From assembly GCF_004010195.1 (NCBI RefSeq), contig NC_057711.1, positions 78,866,456 to 78,930,455 on the forward strand: DNA of 64,000 nucleotides. The letters are read 5' to 3'. A program made the translations under genes and the position numbers. Position 1 is the first letter of the stretch, and each line of letters starts with the position of its first letter. Under the pieces are notes generated by a model. The model was given only the letters and a program-made list of their open reading frames with translations. It was not told where the DNA came from and made no database searches. Source of the DNA: Chiloscyllium plagiosum. Lineage: Eukaryota. Below, in pieces: positions 26,899-40,192 of the stretch.

Positions 26899-27599
26899 CA
26901 CATAGATGATTCCTGCTTTTGTTGGTACAATGTCACAACATTTCGTAAGTCTGGATTCAGTGTTCTTGCGCATCAAACTGATACGTTGTTCACCCTGGGC
27001 ATTGTTCCAGCCATTATTTTCTAGTAGCACTTCACACCTAGAGAGCATAAACAACAGCTGATGCCGGCCACAATCACCATCTTTCCCCCACACTCAGAGT
27101 CTGCATCTGTCTCATTACCACACTCGATCCTGATTGCCCATTTCTACTCATCATTCCCAATGTGAAGACACGCTATCTTGAATGTCATCTTCAATTGCCT
27201 CCCTCCCCCGAACCCCATCATTTTACATTTAAAATGTCCTTCTTGTGCCACCCCCCCCCCCCCGAGGAGGCCACACCAATGGTTGCAGTCAATAACTGTC
27301 CCACCTTCTATTGTGCCCTCCAATGCTGTCCCGCACTTCCCCATTCACCTTGAGATCCTCCACATCACTGTCCTTATGCCCAATTCTACAACTCCCTCTG
27401 CTTCCTCCGTCAGCCTTGACTCCCCAATTCCCACTGCCCCTCCACGTTCACCCCTACTGAAAGATGGACAGGCAAGCACCCAGGACTGTATTCACCGAAG
27501 ACCTCTGACCAGATTTGAAAATCTGTGATTCATGAGTGGCTAGCCAGTGTTACAAAGAGATACCATTATGGATGCAATACATATACTCAAATGAAAGTA

Positions 27600-28680
27600 T
27601 TTCTAGTCAATATTTTGAAATTTAAAGTCCCCCATAACAACTACCCTGTTACTCTCGCTACTGTCGAGAATCATCTTTGGCATCCTTTCCTCTACATCCC
27701 TAAAACAATTTGGAGGCCTACAGAAATATCCCAACAGGATGACCTCTCCTTTCCTGTTTCTAACCTCAGCCCAAACTGTCTCAGTGGATGAGTCCACAAA
27801 TGTTATCTTAGCTGCTGTAATATTACCCTTGATTAGCAATGCCACACCACCCCCTCCCTTTACCATCTTCTCTGTTCTTATTGAAACATCTAAATCCCAG
27901 AATCTGCAACAACCATTCCTGTCGCTCCTCTAGCCATGTCTCTGAAATGGCCACAACATTGAAATCTCAGGTAACAATCCATGCTGCAAGTTCACCCACC
28001 TTATTCCGGATGCTTCTGTCATTGAAGTTCACACATTTCAAACCAACATCCCGATTGCCAGTGACCTCTCGTGACCTTGTATACCTGTCCCTGACCTCAC
28101 TACCCTCAACCTCCTGCACACTTGAACCACAATTCAAGTTCCCAGCTCCCTGCTGCATTAGTTTAAACCTTCCCCGAAGAGCATTAGTACATATCCCCCC
28201 CAGGCTATTGGTACCCCTCTGGTTCAGGTGAAGACCATCCTGTTTGTAGAGGTCCGACATACTGCAGAAAGAGCTCCAATTATCCAAGAATCCAAAACCC
28301 TCCCTCCTGCACCATCTCTGCAGCCACGTGTTCAGCTCCGCGCTCTCTCTGTTCCTTGTTTCACTAGCACATGGCACATGCAACAAACCAGAGATAACAA
28401 CTCTGTTTGTTCTAGCTCTAAGCTTCCATCCTAGCTCCCTGAATTTCTGCCTTAGATACCCAACTTTTTTCCTACCAATGTTGTTGGTGCCTACATGGAC
28501 CATGACTTGGGGCTGCCACCCCTCCCCCTCAAGGACTCCAAAAGCACGATCAGAGACATCACGAACCCTGGCACGTGGGAGGCAATACACCAACCGTGAG
28601 TCTCTCTTGTTCCCACAAAACCTCCTATCTGTCCCCTTAACTATGGAGTTCCCAATGACTAAAGCTCTGTTCCTCTTCCT
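27600..28680 (-). mobile_element. CR1 LINE fragment: ORF1 esterase and start of ORF2 endonuclease
   Basis: VHVGTNNIG and LYKQDGLHLN, then NDRSIRNKVGELAAWI, GGGVALLIK and VVMGDFKF. Confidence 0.92.
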
Positions 28681-28684
28681 TTAG

Positions 28685-29120
28685 TGAGGGTGCAGAGGAG
28701 ATTTACCAGGATGCTGCCTTGATTGGAAGCTTGTCTTATGAAGAGAGGTTGAATGAGCTAGAGCTTTTCACGCTGGAGAGAAAAAATAAGAGAGGTGACT
28801 TGAGAGAGATGTCAAGGCAATGTGAGGCATAGATACCGTAACTAGCCAAAGATTTTTCCCCAGGCTGTCACAAGGGGTCGTAATTTTAAGATGATTGGAG
28901 GAAGGAATAGGGGAGATGTTAGAGGTAGGTTCTTTAGGAAGAGAGTAGGTACATGGAATGCACTGCCAGCAGCAGTAGTAGAGTCAGAGACATTAGGGAC
29001 ACTTAAGTGACTTCTGGACAAGCACGTGGATGGCAGTAAATTGAGGGTTGTGTAGGTTAGATTGAACTTAGATTAAAGGGCCTGTACTATGCTGTACTGT
29101 TCTTTGTTCTATGTTCTATG
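28685..29120 (+). mobile_element. CR1/HER1-type 3' fragment with TTCTATG tail
   Basis: RVQRRFTRMLP start and TGTTCTATGTTCTATG end. Confidence 0.88.
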
Positions 29121-29619
29121 ACACACTGTTTTGTTTAGGGTGATGGTTGTTCTTCAGTTTGATGGTTGATCAGGTGGACCAAGGTCCTTTCTTGTAGAAT
29201 TATTTCTTTTAAGCTTTATTGGTGTTTCTGTCCTTGTCCTACATGGGGAGAAAATGATGGTTAGAGGAAGAGATGCATGCCTTCTGTTTGCAGACTCCAG
29301 ATAGTTCCCTCCTCTCTGCTGCCCCAACAGTTACAGCTTTTGACATTCTGCAGTTCAACAAATCAAAAGGCATCATCACACAGAATTTCCTTACCTCAAA
29401 AGGTTCTCGATGCCACTCAGTCTCAAAGTCTGTCCTTCACTGCTTCAAAAAGCAAGTCTGTATAAAACAGCTCGAAAATATGCGGAACTTGTTATCAAGT
29501 TGCAAAACTCTCCTAGTATTTCAGTTACATAGCAGCCCAAATTCCAATTCAATTTAAAGCCCACAAAAATGAAAAATACAAAACAAAGGGTTTCTTACAC
29601 TTTAAGAGACGGCACAGAA

Positions 29620-32070
29620 AAGATTAATGAGAATAATGCCAGGGATGAGGAACTTCAGTTACAGGAAATGATTGCTGAAGTTGAGACTGTTTTCCATGGA
29701 GAAGAGAAAACTTAAAAGAAATTTGATGGAAATATTTAAAATCATGAAGAGTCTGGATGGAAGAGATGGAAACAAAAAAACTGCTCCCACTAGCGAAAGA
29801 TTCGAAAACGAGAGGACATGGATTTATGGGAATCAGCAAAAGAAGCAATGGAGAAATGTCTTGCATAGAATTGATCTGGAATGACCTGTCTGAGAATGTG
29901 GTGGAGGGAAGTCCAATCAAGGCATTCAAGAGGAATTTGGATTATTATTTGCGAAGCAAACATACGCAAGGTTATGAGGAGATTAGCATTGGATGAGTTG
30001 TTTACTTGAAGAGCCAGTGCAGACAGGTCGGGCCAATTGGCCTCCTTTGTGCTTTGATTTTGTGAATTCTCTTCTACCACTGTTGTAACTGAAGCCAAAT
30101 TTTAAACCAATTTTTATTGCTGCGTTTTAGTTGCTTGTGTATTAACTGCCACTAATCCAACATAAGGATTGTGGAATGGACAATGAATCACCATGGCGAA
30201 TAATCTAAATCCACCAAAGATGACTACAAGAACAATTTGTATTTATATAACACTTCCATGTAATAAAATGTCACTAAAGTGCTTCCCAGTAGCGTTATTA
30301 AAATGTGACACTGCAAAAGTGATAACTTTTTTTATGTAGAGCCTGAATGGAGGGAAGAGAAAGGGAGATGAAGAGATTTAGGGAGAGAATTCCAGGGCTT
30401 GAGACTTTACAGATCAATATTTGATCGTAAATGGTGAGGAGATAAAAACCAGGAATGTTCGGTCGGTCAGAGTCAGAGGAATGCAAATATCTGGGAGGGT
30501 GGCGGACATTACAGGCAGGAGGTGATTTTAAAAAAGTATGAGAATTTTGAAATTGAAATATTTCTTAACTGGAAGCCAAAGTAGTTAAATTAGGACAGGG
30601 AATGGTAGGTGTATAGGACATAGTGTGAGTTTAGGCACTAGAAATTTGGATCACATCAAACCTATGGAAGGAAGAAAGAGAGAGATCTTTGGCATGAGAA
30701 TAGTCTCATTTAGAGACAACTAAGACATGGGTGTGGGTCTTAACAACTAATGTTTTGAAACAGATGGAGTTAGCGAATCTTTCGTTAGTGGGAGCAGTTA
30801 AAAAGATGTTAAAAAGATGGAAATGGCTAGTCTACTGAAATGTGAATATGTGACTGGAAACTCATTTTATTGTAAGCCATCTAGTTCAGCCTTAGACAGT
30901 TACCAGGGAGAAGGATGGAGTTAGTGGCTAGAGAACAAAATTTGTGTTAGAACCAAACAGAAAGGCTTCAGATTTTGGAGGAATTTTCAACTTATCCAGT
31001 ACTGGATGTTGGATATGTGCTCTGACTAATCAACAGACAAAGGAAAGGTCAAGAGAAGCGGCAGTGAGATAAAAATGGATGTCATGAATGCACACGTGTA
31101 AACTAATCCCCTATTTTCAGAGGAACATAGGAATGGGAGCAGCTCATTTAATCCGTCAAGCCTGCTTCATCATTAATTGATATCATAAATGATCTGTGAT
31201 CTAACTCCATATACTCACCTTTGTCTATACCTTGGTTAACAAAAATCTCAAATTTGTAAGTTACAATTGACCTGGCATTAGTTGACATTGTGGAGTTTTC
31301 CAAACCTCTACTACCATGTAGAAATGCTTCTTATTGCACTCCTGAAATATCTGGCTATATTGTTAGATGATACCTTTGAGTTCTAGACTTCACAAATAGC
31401 AGAAATAGTGATGCGGCCTGTACCCTCTTTATTCTCCTGTAATGTCTTATAAACTTCAATCACATCTTTTGTTAATCTTCAAATGTGCAGGAAATGTAAC
31501 TAATTTGTTTATGCTCTCCCTATAGTTTAACCCTTGGAGTCCATATATACTTCAAGTAAATCTACAATGGATTCCTTTATTAGATCTACTTATGTTGTTT
31601 GCTGTCAAATTTTCTTTGGTAATCACTCTTGTGAAGCCCATTGAGACATTTCAATGTTAAATATACTATATAAATGTACAGTCTGTTGTTAACATTTTCC
31701 TATTAATTCTACAAATCCTATACTTAATTGGTTCAAGTTTTAAACTATGTAAAAGCTACTTAAGAAATCAGTAAACTTAGGGTAAATATTTGCTATTGCT
31801 CCATTTAAAGATAAATAATACTAAGCTGTATAATGCAGATTGTCCTGCAATTTTTTTTTTGATTGTGAATCTTTGAAATTCTCTACATGAGAGGGCTGTG
31901 GAAAGTCAATCATTGAACATGTTCAAGACAGAAATTGAGAGACTCATAACATCAAGGGAAATGGTGATAGTGAGGAAAATGGCATCAAGGTAGATGATTA
32001 GCCATTATCTAATTGAATGGAGGATTAGGCTTGACAGACTGAATTGCCTACTCCTGTTCGTATATTCCTA
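29620..32070. mobile_element. Cluster of old CR1 3' fragments (29620-30070 +, 31125-31570 -, 31860-32070 +) and probable L2-like remnants
   Basis: KLRLFSMEKRKLKRNLMEIFKIM and degenerate 3' UTR motifs; L2 assignment is tentative. Confidence 0.55.
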
Positions 32071-34264
32071 TCTCTAAATTGGAGTTATTTCATATTCAGA
32101 ATTTTGATCAGATTTCTTTGCAGCACAGTTACGTGCCTGTCTCTGGGCAAGCACTACTTTTGCTAAATAAAGGGGCCAAATGGCCTGCTCCTGTGCCTAT
32201 TTCTTATGTATGTTTTTAAAAACAACCCCACTGTTTGCATACAAACCGAAAAAGAAATGTATCTATCTTACTGAGAAACAAATCCTCAGGTAGTGAGATG
32301 ATGTAGAGTCTTGTTGAATTGTAAAACTGCCTCTATTTTAGTGGGTTCTGCAATTTTTATTTCCTTAGAAACTAAAAAAAGAGTGGTCTTATTCACAGTT
32401 TTAAAAAATGGAAATATTTAAAGACATATTTACTTAATGGATAACATTTTAGTATGATCTGAATTGGTGTGTGAATGCATTGTGGTGTCCATGCAGTGGA
32501 CAGTAAGTTTTGACTGGAATTTTTAACCAGGTTTTCTGTCCATATCAATGATTGCTATCACACTGTGCTGCTGGTGGCAAAGCCCTTGAACTGAGTGAGC
32601 TATGTGCCATAACTGTAAGCTGACTTACTGACATTGATCTCCAGATGGGTTGAACTCCAAATGACAAGATTTCTGTCTGTTTTCTCAGCACATTGAATGA
32701 CAGCATGTGCAAGCAGCAGCATGTGCCCTCATTCCTTGCGTCAGACTACATAGCAGAGAAAAACCATCATGCAGTCAATATGAGTTAATTCAGTAGTCAC
32801 TGAGGTCCAGTTTGTAATAATATTAGGCCTCTAGAGATGGTGCTGACTCATGTAGCATCATGTGGGAGCAGAGAAATGATTGAAGGATTTATAACAAAAA
32901 GTTATTTTCTCTTTTATTCTGTCTTGTACCTGACAAAAAGCATATACTTTAGTGACCACAAATAGCATTTTTTATGAGCTGCAGTGATATGAGCCTGTGC
33001 TGCTTTTGATTGAGCCTGTTACCAAGACAAAAGACAAAGGAGAAGCCACAACCACAATAACTTGCATTTATATAGTGCATTTGATGGATCAAAATGTTCT
33101 AAAGTGATTCATAGGAGCATAATTGAAAAAAGATTTGGCTCTGAGCGAAGGTATTGAGGTGTAAGATCATGGGGAGATTTGAAAAGAACAATAAGAATTT
33201 ACAACTTGTGTGTTGGAATGGCAGCCAGTAGTGTCTTGTTTCAAGTGAAGAGCTCAGCATGACTACTTTCTATTTCATGGGATCACCAGTTGATTAGCTT
33301 TATATCAACAATTTTATTTTGCATTTGACAGGTGGTTTTCCTGCTGCATGTCTTCCTGATCCCTACTCTTTGGGGTTAGGGACTGGTGCCAATACACAAT
33401 ATCTGTCCTCCAACAGTGGCTGGATTCTTCATGGTCAACAGGCCTATGGACTTCCAGCTCAAAGACAGGACAAGTATCTACTGAGTGATTCCAGCTTTCT
33501 AATCAGGGAGTTACTAATTCTAATATAAAATCCCTGTCTGAGGGCAAAAGTGCTCAAAGGCAAGGCAACATGAAGCAGCAGTGAGCTATGTGTCGCTGTG
33601 CACACAGTTTCCTTGCAGTATTATTACAATAACAGGTGCTGTTGCTCCCCGAGATGCAGCCTTCAAGTGCAGAAGCATCCTATAAGTGGAGTGTAGGTGT
33701 GCCACGAGGGCCTTTAGAAGCTGGTGACAAGATAACATGCTTATGGAATGTTAATGCCCCATGTCCAAAATGGAGATTCTTCAGAATAAGTGGTGAGTTA
33801 AAGTCATCAAGTACCTGCTCTGATTTCCAAGTTGCATTTTCTTGATGTCTGGCTTGTTTAGCATGTGTGCTAAAATAGGAAGCTGTATAATACTGAGGCA
33901 AATTGGGACATTAACAAGATATTTAACAAGCAATAAACTCACTGCAACACTTATCAAAAGTATAAAGATGGAGTGAGATATTCCCAATATGGAGATAGGC
34001 ATCACCAGATTTTTCATCTGATTCTGTCACAAATCTTGCCATGTCCCATATTGCTCTGACCCCAATTCTGCCCATAATGACACAATGTACATAATAGAAT
34101 ATATAATATTACACATTCTTCTCTAGTTGTGCCCATCAACATCCAGCATTGCTAAAGGCCTGGATGGAAATTTAAACAGCTAATAAGTTGCTATCCTACA
34201 GGAGGAACGAGCCTAAAAAATAAAAAATATTAGAATTATTGTGTATGATGGCCTCTGTATAGAG

Positions 34265-34388
34265 GAGAAAGTGAGGACTGCAGATGCTGGAGATCAGAGC
34301 TGAAAATGTGTTGCAGGAAAAGCGCAGCAGGTCAGGCAGCATCCAAGGAGCAGGAGAATCGACGTTTCGGGCATGAGCCCTTCTTCAA
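34265..34388 (-). mobile_element. PLE-derived short element, 5'-truncated at the hammerhead core, with 12-bp TSD
   Basis: CTCTGTATAGAG at 34253-34264 and 34389-34400; minus strand starts UUGAAGA-A-GGGC(UCAU)GCCC-GAAACGUC-GA. Confidence 0.9.
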
Positions 34389-35359
34389 CTCTGTATAGAG
34401 TCAGAGTTAATGTATGAGGTTGATAATTTTTAAAATTAAAACTGGCAAAAGTTATAGCTGTAACGTGATTGAACTATAGAATAGAATGTAAATTTTACAG
34501 CACAGAAGGAAGGCGGTTATGTCTTTGCTCACTCTCCATAAGTACAATTCTTCTAGTTTAATTCTCTCAAAAATCTTCATAGCTCTTCAAATCGTTTTTA
34601 CTCAGATAATTAATCAATTTTGTTTTGAAGGCTTTGAAAGAACCTGTTGCCAATGGATTCTCAGGTATTGCATTCCAGTCAGGATCAATCAGGACAATGA
34701 GCTATTTTGAACTAAGGATCATGGATAATAATAGACCATTTAGCTATCTGACATTAAACATCAGTAATTGAATTAGCCTCTCTCTCACACAAACACACAT
34801 AGAAGCTAGAAAACATTTTTTCAAGTCAACTTTTTAAAAGTTAATTTCAACAAATTTTTCCTGAATGACACAGTGTTATCTTTCCTTGTTCCTTCTAAAC
34901 ATTTGACTGTGCTATTTTCTGGGAGATAGCAAGACAATGGCTGCATTCTTTATTGGAGAGATGTGAACTTTGTGATCCAGTCCCATCAATATAGTGCAAT
35001 CATATCACAGTTTGTCATTGGTCCCACCTCACCACTTAGCTGCTCTTATATACTATTCATCAATTTCCATATTTTCTATTTTGTTATTTTCCTGACAAGA
35101 TGGACTGTACTTTATATGTTGTGAAATTGGGAGAGTTCATTCTTAGCATCCCATCCAGAATTAACATCTCATGACACCTCATGAAGTGTTAACACCTCAT
35201 GACTACTTCTAGTTCCAAGATTTTTCCTTGACTCATTGCAAATGTTGAAAATGCAATTTATAGTCACCTCATGACATTGAAGATGAAGTCTATTTATTGC
35301 CTTTATCCTATGATTTATTTCTCTTCAGATACATGAACTTTTAAAATATTAGTAATGGT

Positions 35360-35680
35360 TCAATAATACCTGGCTTTCAAGTCAGAAAGACGTGGGTTCA
35401 AGCCCCATCTCAGAAGTATGAGTACAAAATCTAAGCTGATGTTCCATTATAACGCAGTAAGAATGTGACACTGTCAGGTGCTACATTTCTGATATGATAT
35501 TAAACTGACGTTGCCTTCTCAGTTGGAGAAAATAGATGCTAAAATGTAACTTTGGAAAAGAGCATTTGAGTTCTCCTTGGTGTACAGTTCATTGTTATCC
35601 ATCAATCAACATCACTGAAACATTACCACATTGCTGTTTGCAGGGGCTTTGTAAGGTACTGTGTACTATTCTATGATAAT
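35360..35680 (+). mobile_element. Old Deu-domain-like tRNA SINE
   Basis: B box GGGTTCAAGCCC followed by GAGTTCTCCTTGGTGT..TTATCCATCAATCAACATCACTGAAAC..CACATTGCTGTTTG. Confidence 0.6.
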
Positions 35681-36212
35681 AATAAAAATTGACTACTATT
35701 TTTCATTTTATTATCTGATTTTAATACCTGAACTTTTCATGGACTAAAACGATTTTAAAAATGGAAAAGCATTGACTTACATTGGTCACACCTGACCAGG
35801 TTAACTCAAGACAATGAAGCCAACAGTAAGCAAGAATCAATTTGAGCTGAAATTATTGTTATAAAAAGATGATAAAACTTAGATCTGTATCTCCTTATTT
35901 ATATCTTTCTGGAGGTTTCACATATTGGGATGCAAGTCACCCCCAGATTATTTCTCCCTCTCTTGGTGTCTCAAAGACAATGCCCCAGGAGAAGCTACTT
36001 GGAGAAGAATATAATCTTTATACCTGTATTTCTGTGCATATTTAATGTTGCAATTTAGTCTCCTTTTTGGGATTGATAAGTAATAAAACTCCTTTCTCTT
36101 TCATTCAAGAAAACATTGCAATTGGTTCCTTGATTTTGACTTAGTGGACTATGTATTCATTGAAATGTGATTTGGCTATGTGCTGAAAAGGATTATAAAT
36201 ATATGTTGCAAT

Positions 36213-36365
36213 CAGGCGAAAGTGAGGACTGCAGATGCTGGGGATCAGAGTCAAGATTAGAGTGGTGCTGGAAAAGTACAGCAGGTCAGGCAGCATCCGA
36301 GGAGCAGGAAAATCGATGTTTCGGGCAGGACGTTTCGGGCAGGAGCCCTTCATCAGGAATCCTGA
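36213..36365 (-). mobile_element. PLE-derived short element with hammerhead core and internal duplication
   Basis: Minus strand CUGAUGA-A-GGGC(UCCU)GCCC-GAAACGUC; GTTTCGGGCAGGA is duplicated at 36318-36344. Confidence 0.85.
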
Positions 36366-36867
36366 GGTGGGAGTAGGGTGGGTCAGGGAATGGTGGAATT
36401 GGTGGTTAGTGAAAGAGAGGGACCAATTCACACCTCCTCACCTAGTCATACCAAAATATGCAAAGTGTTGTGACTTTGTTTAATATAATTCAGTTTCATT
36501 TACATTTATAAATAGTGTTCAGCATTGTAATATAGCTAGAAATGATTCCTGGTGTGGGTGGGGAGAGGAAACTGGTTCCATTTACCAGAAACTGAACTGG
36601 ACCAGCCATGTTAAAACTTTGGCTACATGAGCAGAGCACTGACTATTAATTCTGGAGTGAATAATTCAGCTCCTGACTACTGGCAGCTGGTCCATTCACC
36701 TATAAGGCATTAGACAGGAGGGTAATGATATTCCCTGTACTCACTCAAGGGGTTTGATTCCATCCTAGACAAAACAGCCCACTTATTTTGCATCCTATTC
36801 CTCACATTAAGCACTCACTGCCTTCACCACCCATAGTGGTAGTGTTGGATACCATCTACAAGATGAA

Positions 36868-37218
36868 TTGTGGCACGATGACTCAGTGTTAGCACTGCTG
36901 CCTCACAGAGCCAGGGATCCGGGTTTGATTCCAGTCTTGGGCAACTGTCTGTGTTTGCACATTCTCCCCGTGTCTGCGTGGGTTTCCTCCAGATGCTCCA
37001 GTTTCCTCCCACAGTCCAAAGATGTGCAGGTTAGGTGAATTGGCCATGCTAAATTGTCCACAGTGTTCAGGGATGTGTAGGTTAGGTGTATTAATCAGGG
37101 GAAATGTAGACTAAGAGTAGGGGAATGGGTCTAGGTGGTTTACTCTTTGGAGGTTTGCTGTAAATTTGTTGGGCCAAATGGCCTGTTTCCACACTGTAGG
37201 GGTTCTATGATTCTATGA
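36868..37218 (+). mobile_element. HE1-type V-SINE
   Basis: tRNA head, V-domain and TTCTATGATTCTATGA tail. Confidence 0.9.
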
Positions 37219-37249
37219 CTTCATCGGCTCCTTCAATAGTACCTTCCAA

Positions 37250-37410
37250 AACATAGAATCTCTACAATGTGGAACAGGCCATTCAGCTCATTGAGTCCAT
37301 ACTGATCCTCTGAAAGGAATCCGACCCAGATCCACCATTATCCTATCCCTGTAACCCTGCATTTCCCATGGCTAATCTGCCTAGCCTGCACATCCCTGGA
37401 CACTATGGAT
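37250..37410 (-). mobile_element. 3' half of an HE1 SINE split by the Rex1-like insertion
   Basis: Continues the SINE from 38368-38568. Confidence 0.8.
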
Positions 37411-37414
37411 TGTT

Positions 37415-38365
37415 TGACATTTGGTTGATTTCTTGTCATGTGTACCTGAAGCACAGTGAAAAGCTTTGTTTATGAGCGTACAGGCAGATAAGCAAGGACA
37501 TACAGATCATAGAGTTAAAAAAAAACTAGACAGGCATACAAGTTAAACTGCACATGGCATGTGCTAGACAAAATCAACATTACCAAGATCAGCATTATTT
37601 GAAGTTACAGAGTCCATTCATCAATCCCAATAACAGTTGGAAAGAAGCTGTTCCTGAACCTGCTGTTGCGTGTGTTCAAGCTTCTGTATCTTCTGCTTGA
37701 TGGAAGAAATTGTAGGATAGCATTACTGGGGAACACACTGGGTCTTTGATGATGCTGGCAGCCTTTCCATGGCAATGGGCAATGTAAATAGAGTCCATGG
37801 ATGGAAGGTCTGTTTCCATGATGGTCTGGGCTGTGCACCCAACCTTCTCTAATTTTTTAGCATCCTGGGCGGAGCAGTTGCCATACCAATACTGCACTCG
37901 GACAGTATGCTTTCAATGGTGAATCTGTAAATGTTAGTGAGGGACATGTGGACATGCTGAATGTCCTGAGCCATCTGAGGAAGAAGAGGTGTGATGTGCC
38001 TTCTTGACCATCACATTTATGTGGGAAGTCCAGGACTGGTTGTTGGTTATTGTCACTCCGAGGAACTTGATGCTCTCCACTCTTTCAACCTCAGCACAGT
38101 TAGTGTTGGTGGGGTGGGTGGGTGGGCGTGTTCTCCTTCCTTCTTTCTGAAGTCAATGATCAGTTCTTTAGGTTTGTCGCTGTTGAGAGAGAGGTTGTTC
38201 TCATTGCACGAAATCACCAAGCTCTCTATTTCCTTTCAGTATTCTGACTCATCATTGTTTGATATCCGTCCTACCATAGTAATGTCGTCGGCAAATGTGG
38301 ATGGTGTACGTTCAGAATTTGGCAACACAGTCGTGGTGTACGGGGAGTACAGTAGAGCTTTGAGA
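37415..38365 (-). mobile_element. Rex1/Babar-like LINE RT C-terminal fragment and 3' UTR
   Basis: FADDITMVGRISNNDESEY, WYGNCSAQDAKKLEKV and RNSRFRNSFFPTVI are characteristic of Rex1-type ORFs. Confidence 0.82.
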
Positions 38366-38367
38366 AT

Positions 38368-38568
38368 GCCCACATTTAGCATGGTTAATCCACCTAACCT
38401 GGCACATCTCTGGACACTGGGAGGAAATTGGAGCACCTGGTGGAGACCCACGTAGAAACAGGAAGAATGTGTAAATTCCACACAGACAGTCACCTGAGGG
38501 TGGAATTGAGGCCGGGTCCCTGGTGCTACAAAACAACAATGCCAACAACTGAGTCACCATGCCGCCCA
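38368..38568 (-). mobile_element. 5' half of the split HE1 SINE
   Basis: Minus strand starts GGGCGGCATGGTGACTCAGTTG; V-domain present. Confidence 0.85.
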
Positions 38569-38569
38569 T

Positions 38570-39460
38570 ATAGCATGGGCATAAATATGAGACCTTGGCC
38601 ATCTGGAAAAACAAGAAAAGCAGATGGATGGGAAAACCAATGCTTGCAAATTCCTTCTAAGTCATAACCATTCTGATTTGGAACAATGTCCCCATATTTT
38701 CACTAACTTGCTCGCTAGCAGAGCTTGACTCAGTAATGAGGTCTGATGTAAACCAGATTAAGCATTGATGAGAAGATTCCAACCGAATAAGCGCTGCTTA
38801 ATAGCAGTACAGGCAACATGTTCCATCACTTTACTGATGATTAGGAGTGGATTGTAAATGGCAAGATTGGATTTATCCCACTTTTTATGGACAGAATAGG
38901 AGATGTGACGTATCACTAAAAAAAAATCTTTCAGAAGATATAAGCATTACTGAAAAAGCCAGCAATTGTTTCACATCTGCAACTACCCATGAGAATGTGA
39001 GCTGCTTTCTTGAACTGTACATAATATCTGGTGTAGATTCATTCAGGTACTGTGAGGAAGTCACTTTGTCAGGGTGACAGTACTGCAGCTATACTGAAAC
39101 AGCTTGACTAGAGGTCTGGTTGATTCTGAAGAACACCTCATCACAACAACACCAGGATGCTACCAGGGAGCTTGGCCATTGCTGGTTTTGTGAACTTAGC
39201 TGTATCTTGATATCACACAATGTGAATGGAAGTTGCTGAAGTTCAGTCTCTGTAGGAACGTACCTCAGGAAAAGGTTAGCATAGACCATGCAGTCAGCTG
39301 AAGATTTTAGCTGAAGATGTTTGCAAATATTTCAGCCTTGTTTTTTGTACTCACATACTGGGCTGTGGCACCAATAAGAATCAGGTTGCTAATTAGCCTC
39401 GTCGCCAACATTCACAGCTAGATGTGACAGGACTGCAGAGCTTTGCTCTGACCTGTTGTT
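38570..39460 (-). mobile_element. Degenerate LINE RT fragments
   Basis: Minus strand IISKVMEHVACTAIKQRL near 38785-38840. Confidence 0.55.
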
Positions 39461-39556
39461 GGTGGGATCACTTCAGGGTTCAAATTTTCTGCCCTTTTGT
39501 AAGGCATGCAAAAGGACTATATTTTGATTTTGCAAGGATTATTCTTTCCATTCCTT

Positions 39557-39860
39557 GGAATGGCATTGTGACTCAGTGGTTAGCACTGTTGCCTCACAGC
39601 ACCAGGGACCCAGGTTCGATTCCATCCTTGGGCAACTGTCTGTGTGGAGTTTGCACATTCTCCCTGTCTCTGTGTGGGTTTCCTCTGGGTGCTCCAGTTT
39701 CCTCCAACTGTCCAAAGATGTGCAAGTTATTTGGGCTGGCCCTGCCAAATTGCCATGGGAAATACATGGTTACAGGCATAGGGTGGGATGATCTTCAGAT
39801 GGTTGGTGTGGATTTTCTGGGCCAGAAAGTCTGTTTCCACACTGTATGGGGTTCTGTGAT
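39557..39860 (+). mobile_element. HE1-type V-SINE (first of a head-to-tail pair)
   Basis: GACTCAGTGGTTAGC, B box GGTTCGATTCC, V-domain. Confidence 0.9.
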
Positions 39861-39861
39861 T

Positions 39862-40192
39862 TGGGATGATATAATGGCTCAGAGGTTAGCACTGCTGTCT
39901 CATAGCTGTGAGGCAGGGACCTCAGTTTGATTCCACCTGTAGGCGAATGTCTATGTAGAGTTTGCACATTCTCCCTGTGTCTGAGTGGGGTTTCTTCCCA
40001 CAGTCTAAAGATGTGCAAATTAGTTGGATCAGTCATGCTAAATTACTCATACTGTTTAGGGATATGTAGGTTAGCCATAGGAAATGCAGGGTGATACAGT
40101 AGGGGGAGCGGGTCTGGGTGGAATGCTGTTTTGAGGGTCAGTGTGGACTTGATGGGCTGAATGGCCTGCTTCCACACTGTAGAGATTCTATT
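39862..40192 (+). mobile_element. HE1-type V-SINE (second of the pair)
   Basis: GGCTCAGAGGTTAGCACTGCTG, V-domain, ATTCTATTCT tail. Confidence 0.88.

Noticed and set aside
27600..29120. Divergent CR1 pieces as a single twin-primed (5'-inverted) insertion
   Set aside because: The inverted part ends in the endonuclease while the forward part starts at the RT C-terminus, kilobases apart in LINE coordinates, and I see no TSD; two separate insertions or a later deletion explain it as well.
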